28,724 nucleotides of DNA from a virus. Its lineage: Duplodnaviria; Caudoviricetes. Made by a program: the position numbers and the translations under genes. The notes below the pieces were generated by a model. That model had not been told where the DNA came from, made no database searches, and was given only the letters and a program-made list of their open reading frames with translations. Below, piece by piece: positions 24,310-28,724 of this stretch (within the stretch, counting starts at the first letter, position 1; every line of letters starts with the position of its first letter). The stretch lies in the IMG/VR virus record IMGVR_UViG_3300049594_000042, positions 1 to 28,724 of that record; one strand, 5' to 3'.

Positions 24310-26138
24310 TCGATGTCATTTACGATCTAGAAACCTACCCCAACTGCTTCACCCTCTCCGCTGAACTCACTGATCTCCCGCTGCACTGGCAGTTTGAGGT
24401 CAGTGACTTCAAGGACGAGCGGGAGCAGATCATTGAGTGGTGCAAGTACCTGATCTCCATCGATGCTCGTATGGTCGGGTTCAACAATGTCAGCTTCGAT
24501 TACCCAGTGCTGCATCTGCTCCTGCGTAACCCCAAGGCTACCGCGAGGCAGTTGTACGACAAGGCTCAGTCATTGATCTTCTCCGAGAACAAGTTTGAGG
24601 GGATGGTGTTCCCATCTGATCGGCTGATCCCCCAGCTTGACCTCTACAAGATTCATCACTTCGACAACAAGGCTCGGACTACCTCGTTGAAGGCACTGGA
24701 GTACCAGATGCAGATGGACAACATCAGCGATCTACCGTTTCCTGTCGGGAGTACGCTGAACCAGGATCAGATTAAGGTACTGCTGGACTATAACCTGCAC
24801 GATGTCCGGGCTACGAAACTCTTCTACCATGAGTCATTGAAGCAGATCGGGTTCAGGGAAGAACTGACAGCAAAGCACGGCAGGGACTTCCTGAATCATA
24901 ACGATACCAAGATCGGTGCTGAAATCTTCCAGATGGAACTCGAAAAGAGTGGTGTCCAATGTTATAGCTACGGTAAGGGCGGTCGTGTCCCACGACAGAC
25001 TCAGCGAGAGAGCATCAATCTCCATGAGTGCATACCCCAGTGGATTCAATTCACGCATCTGGAGTTCCAACGAATCAAGACATGGTTCAACAGTCAGGTC
25101 ATCAGCGGCACCAAGGGGGTCTTCAGCGACATCATCGCAAAAGTCGGGAACCTCGATTTCGTCTATGGTACAGGTGGTCTTCACGCTTCCGTCACCAACG
25201 AATTCTTCACCGCTGATGACGAGTGGATGATCTACGACATGGATGTGACTAGCCTGTATCCGTCCATCGCTATCGAACATGGTCATTATCCTGAGCATCT
25301 CGGTCCTAAGTTTGTCGATGTGTATCGTGATCTGCGTACCCAGCGCGTAGGATACAAGAAAGGGAGTGCCGAGAACGCCATGTTGAAGTTGGCACTGAAC
25401 GGAGTCTATGGTAAATCCAATGATAAGTTCAGTATCTTCTACGATCCCCTCTTCACGATGAAGATCACCATTGGTGGTCAGATGATGTTGAGCTTGCTGG
25501 CTGAACGTCTTTACTACCAAGGGTTGCAGATCATTCAGGTGAATACTGACGGTATCACCATCAGGATGTTGCGCTCTGACGCAAAGAAACTTGAAGAAAT
25601 TTGCACTACATGGCAACAAAAGACCAAGCTCACCCTTGAGTACGCTGAGTATTCCAAGATGGTCATCCGCGATGTCAATAACTACATCGCAGTCAAGACC
25701 AATGGTGAAGTGAAGCGCAAGGGTGCCTACGAGTACGACAAAGAGTGGCATCAGGATAGCTCCGCGTCAGTCGTTGCCAAGGTAGCCGAGCAGGTGCTGA
25801 TCCACGGCAAGCCTCTGGAGCAGACGGTACTGGAGTGGCCTGACAAGATGGACTTTATGATCCGCGCCAAGGTGCCACGGACATCCAAGCTGATCTACGT
25901 CGATGAGAACGGTGAGCAGTCTGACGTTGGCAACATTCAACGGTACTACATCAGTCCCGAGGGTGGCACTCTGCTCAAGGTCATGCCGCCCATGAAGGGG
26001 AAGACCGAGAATCGTTGGTTCGACGTTCAGAAGAACCAGAAGGTCTGTCTCTGTAACAAAATAACCGAGGCTACTCTACCCATTGGATACGAGTGGTATA
26101 TCAATGAAGTGAGGAAACTGTGCTTGAAAAGCAAATAG
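24306..26138 (+). CDS. Family B DNA polymerase with 3'-5' exonuclease (610 aa)
   Basis: ExoI YDLETY, ExoII GFNNVSFD, ExoIII YNLHDV; motif A DVTSLYPS, motif B KLALNGVYGK, motif C NTDG. Confidence 0.92.
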   Translation: MIDVIYDLETYPNCFTLSAELTDLPLHWQFEVSDFKDEREQIIEWCKYLISIDARMVGFNNVSFDYPVLHLLLRNPKATARQLYDKAQSLIFSENKFEGMVFPSDRLIPQLDLYKIHHFDNKARTTSLKALEYQMQMDNISDLPFPVGSTLNQDQIKVLLDYNLHDVRATKLFYHESLKQIGFREELTAKHGRDFLNHNDTKIGAEIFQMELEKSGVQCYSYGKGGRVPRQTQRESINLHECIPQWIQFTHLEFQRIKTWFNSQVISGTKGVFSDIIAKVGNLDFVYGTGGLHASVTNEFFTADDEWMIYDMDVTSLYPSIAIEHGHYPEHLGPKFVDVYRDLRTQRVGYKKGSAENAMLKLALNGVYGKSNDKFSIFYDPLFTMKITIGGQMMLSLLAERLYYQGLQIIQVNTDGITIRMLRSDAKKLEEICTTWQQKTKLTLEYAEYSKMVIRDVNNYIAVKTNGEVKRKGAYEYDKEWHQDSSASVVAKVAEQVLIHGKPLEQTVLEWPDKMDFMIRAKVPRTSKLIYVDENGEQSDVGNIQRYYISPEGGTLLKVMPPMKGKTENRWFDVQKNQKVCLCNKITEATLPIGYEWYINEVRKLCLKSK

Positions 26139-26401
26139 AACGTGCAGTCAAAGACTACGCCGAATCCAAAGGATGGCTAACACGGAAATGGACATCGCCT
26201 GGACATTCCTTCGTACCTGACCAGATATTCATCCGTCCTGATGGTCTGATTGTATTCATCGAGTTCAAACAACAGGGTAAGCAAGCTACTGCTGGTCAGC
26301 TACGCGAGCATGATCGTCTGCGTGACCACGGGTGCCGGGTCTATGTGATCGACTCCGTAGCAGCGGGTAAGCAGTTGGTGGATCACTATGCTGCACCGTG
26401 A
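26120..26401 (+). CDS. VRR-NUC nuclease (93 aa)
   Basis: EKQIE, SPG..VPD, FIEFK, Q..EH..L...G..VYVIDS; GTG start with SD GAGG. Confidence 0.88.
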   Translation: MLEKQIERAVKDYAESKGWLTRKWTSPGHSFVPDQIFIRPDGLIVFIEFKQQGKQATAGQLREHDRLRDHGCRVYVIDSVAAGKQLVDHYAAP

Positions 26402-27797
26402 TCAGCTACATGAGTACCAGAAGAAGGCAGTCAGCTTCCAATGTACTCACCCTGCCTCTGCACTCTGGCTCGACATGGGCCTTGGCAAGACCGCTATCAC
26501 CCTCACCAGCATCGCTGATCTTGTCGGGTGCGGGTATCTCAAGGCAGTCCTGATCGTCGCCCCTATCCGCGTCTGCCGGCTCGTATGGCGACAAGAGGCT
26601 ACCAAATGGTCCCATACCAAGGGTTTGACGTTCAATATGCTCATGGGGACCAAGGATCAGCGTACCCGTGCCTTGATGAAACCCGCCAATGTCTATCTGA
26701 TCAACTATGAGAACCTTGGCTGGCTATCCGAGGTGCTGCATGACTACTACATCAGCAAGCACAAGGAACTCCCATTCGACGGGATCGTATTCGACGAGAT
26801 CAGCAAGTGCAAGAACTCCACTACCCAGCGAGTCAAGGCACTCAGGAAGGTGCTGCCCCACTTCAGGTGGAACACGGGGCTTACCGGCACACCTGCCAGC
26901 AACGGCTACAAGGACTTGCACGGTCAGTACCTAGTACTTGACCAAGGAGTACGTCTGGGAACCTCTAAAACGGCGTTTAAGACCCGTTTCTACCGTAAGG
27001 AGGGTCCATACAAGGAAGTACCCTATCATGACACTGAGGAAACGATTAAGGGGCTTATAGGCGACATCACTCTCGAGATGTCTGCGGAGGACTACAACCC
27101 CCTACCGGATATGATTGTGAATGATGTCGAGGTGGAGCTAACTGATGATCTCCGCTCTATGTATGACCAGATGGAGAAGGACTTCTTTCTGGCACTTGAC
27201 AATGGCACCGAGGTCGAGATGTTCAACCAGGCATCCCTGACCAACAAGTGCCTCCAGTTCAGCAATGGCGCGATCTACCCTGTACCCGGTATGCCCCTCT
27301 GGGAACCCATCCATGAGATCAAGCTGGACGCACTGGAGGACATTATCGAAGAGTCTGCTGGTCAGCCGATCCTGTGCAGCTACGCCTACCGGAGCGATGC
27401 CGAGAGGATCATGACTAGGTTCAAAGATATCAAGCCGATCAACCTGACCGACTGCAAGAGCGAGGCATCCCTGAAGGCAGCAATGGACTACTGGCAGAAT
27501 GGTGAGTGCCAACTGATGATCGGACATCCTGCATCGATGGGTCATGGGGTCGATGGGCTACAGAAGATGGGTCATACGCTTGTCTGGTTCGGATTGAACT
27601 GGAGTCTAGACCTCTATGAACAGTTCAATGCCCGTATTCGTAGGCAGGGACAGGGTGTTCCCGTGATCTGCCACCGGATTCTCTGCAAGGATACCCTCGA
27701 CCAAGCACAAGCATTGGCGCTGAACGATAAGGCAACCACTCAAAATTCCCTCAGAAATGCGATCAAGTCTTATAGGTTAATGAAAGAAAAGTCTTGA
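26388..27797 (+). CDS. SNF2-like superfamily 2 helicase (469 aa)
   Basis: LHEYQ, DMGLGKT, VFDEIS, LTGTP, HPASMGHGVDGLQ, QFNARIRRQGQ. Confidence 0.92.
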   Translation: MLHRDQLHEYQKKAVSFQCTHPASALWLDMGLGKTAITLTSIADLVGCGYLKAVLIVAPIRVCRLVWRQEATKWSHTKGLTFNMLMGTKDQRTRALMKPANVYLINYENLGWLSEVLHDYYISKHKELPFDGIVFDEISKCKNSTTQRVKALRKVLPHFRWNTGLTGTPASNGYKDLHGQYLVLDQGVRLGTSKTAFKTRFYRKEGPYKEVPYHDTEETIKGLIGDITLEMSAEDYNPLPDMIVNDVEVELTDDLRSMYDQMEKDFFLALDNGTEVEMFNQASLTNKCLQFSNGAIYPVPGMPLWEPIHEIKLDALEDIIEESAGQPILCSYAYRSDAERIMTRFKDIKPINLTDCKSEASLKAAMDYWQNGECQLMIGHPASMGHGVDGLQKMGHTLVWFGLNWSLDLYEQFNARIRRQGQGVPVICHRILCKDTLDQAQALALNDKATTQNSLRNAIKSYRLMKEKS

Positions 27798-27822
27798 CGG
27801 TTAGAGAATCTCGTTCTAAGAT
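27794..27822 (+). promoter_or_regulatory. Sigma70 promoter after the helicase
   Basis: TTGACG-17 nt-TAAGAT. Confidence 0.65.
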
Positions 27823-27853
27823 GCAACACATGAACAACAACGGGAGTACAAAG

Positions 27854-28066
27854 GTGGAACAGATTCTGATGATGGCACTGCTGGACGACTACAACCTGCT
27901 GAACAACAAGTTGAGTGAGTTGAGTGAGGACCAGTTGTGGAGCCTGATCGATATGGAGATCGCCGGCAAGAAGCGCAAGTCGTTTGTCGAGCGTCTGCAT
28001 CAGCGGGTCAGCAAGCTCGCTACTGCTCGGGAACGTGCTGAGTTGATGGAGAAATGCAATGGCTAA
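27854..28066 (+). CDS. Hypothetical helical protein (70 aa)
   Basis: GTG 27854 with SD GGGAG downstream of the promoter; ERLHQR motif. Confidence 0.7.
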   Translation: MEQILMMALLDDYNLLNNKLSELSEDQLWSLIDMEIAGKKRKSFVERLHQRVSKLATARERAELMEKCNG

Positions 28067-28292
28067 CTACATCACATGGGCCTATGACGACGACAACACC
28101 GAGCATCAGGTGAATGTCGAGTACAGCTTCACCAAGCCCCGTCGCGCTACCCAGTGGGAGCCGGCTGAAGGTGGAGTTGAGATCGAGTCGGTGACGTGCA
28201 AGACCCGCGAACTGACTAAGCAGGAGATCGACAGTGCAGAGCAGGAGTGCATCGACGACGTATGGGCGCTGTACTACGGGAGAGAAGCATGA
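28059..28292 (+). CDS. Hypothetical acidic protein (77 aa)
   Basis: SD GGAG; overlaps both neighbours; ATQWEPAEGG motif. Confidence 0.7.
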   Translation: MANYITWAYDDDNTEHQVNVEYSFTKPRRATQWEPAEGGVEIESVTCKTRELTKQEIDSAEQECIDDVWALYYGREA

Positions 28293-28552
28293 GAGCGATG
28301 TATATCAACCAAGACCCCCGCGAGTACGACGCGGAGATCGACGGGTCAGTCGAAGTCACCAACCTAGATATGGAACAGGTGATGCTCCTTATCCACCAGA
28401 ACGCTCTGGAAGAGATGATGGTCCGCGAAGCTCGCCTGATCCGTCAGATGCGCCGGCTACAGGAAGACCTTGACCAGTTGGGTAACGACATCCGCGAGAA
28501 GAAGTTCATGATCACCGCTGCTCGGGATGCACTGCTGCGGAGGGCTGTATGA
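28289..28552 (+). CDS. Hypothetical coiled-coil protein (87 aa)
   Basis: ATGA overlap at 28289; SD GGGAG. Confidence 0.65.
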   Translation: MRAMYINQDPREYDAEIDGSVEVTNLDMEQVMLLIHQNALEEMMVREARLIRQMRRLQEDLDQLGNDIREKKFMITAARDALLRRAV

Positions 28553-28707
28553 AATACTTCTACGCCTTCATGCTCTACTGCACCCAGTTCGAGTTAGCCA
28601 TCGCCAAGGCAGCACCGATCCGCAATGCGGACAACATCAAGATGCTCAAGCAGGACGAGCTTAAGTGGGAAAAGGAACTGCGACTGTGGGAGCTTAATCA
28701 TGCCTAA
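28549..28707 (+). CDS. Hypothetical protein (52 aa)
   Basis: MKYFYAFMLYC...WELNHA*; ATGA overlap, SD GGAGG; a further ATG at 28700 runs off the window. Confidence 0.6.
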   Translation: MKYFYAFMLYCTQFELAIAKAAPIRNADNIKMLKQDELKWEKELRLWELNHA

Positions 28708-28724
28708 CAAGTACCCTCTGAAAG

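Noticed and set aside
24834-25751. 305-aa minus-strand ORF
   Set aside because: Antisense shadow of the polymerase.

Overview
This window is about 29 kb of a tailed dsDNA bacteriophage genome (Caudoviricetes, podovirus-type virion); no host genes, tRNA, rRNA, CRISPR array, integrase or lysis genes are visible. There are four transcription blocks. (1) A leftward late operon, 16037 to <1: terS, terL, a 16-aa basic micro-ORF, P22-like portal, a 7-gene cassette of collagen-like, beta-rich and repeat proteins, a post-portal protein, an FmdB-type zinc ribbon, scaffold, major capsid, decoration protein, and three ejection-type proteins (the last truncated and absent from the ORF track). (2) A non-coding control region (16038-16565) with a perfect 34-bp inverted repeat, followed by rightward small early genes. 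(3) A leftward HNH endonuclease plus Prim-Pol/PriCT-2/DUF3987 primase-helicase. (4) A rightward Chi/Enc34/APSE-like replication cassette (RHH, DUF2800, DUF2815 SSB, DNA polymerase, VRR-NUC, SNF2 helicase) whose polymerase is family B rather than the usual family A. The most notable observations are the 34-bp IR element (candidate origin, packaging site or invertible switch), a +1 frameshift at a G5 run in a cassette gene, the putative appendage/head-fibre cassette itself, a nested in-frame start in the first ejection gene, an exactly interdigitated bidirectional promoter, related bulged RNA hairpins around the scaffold/capsid genes, and several unannotated micro-ORFs. All family assignments are by eye from motifs and gene order; no database search was run.
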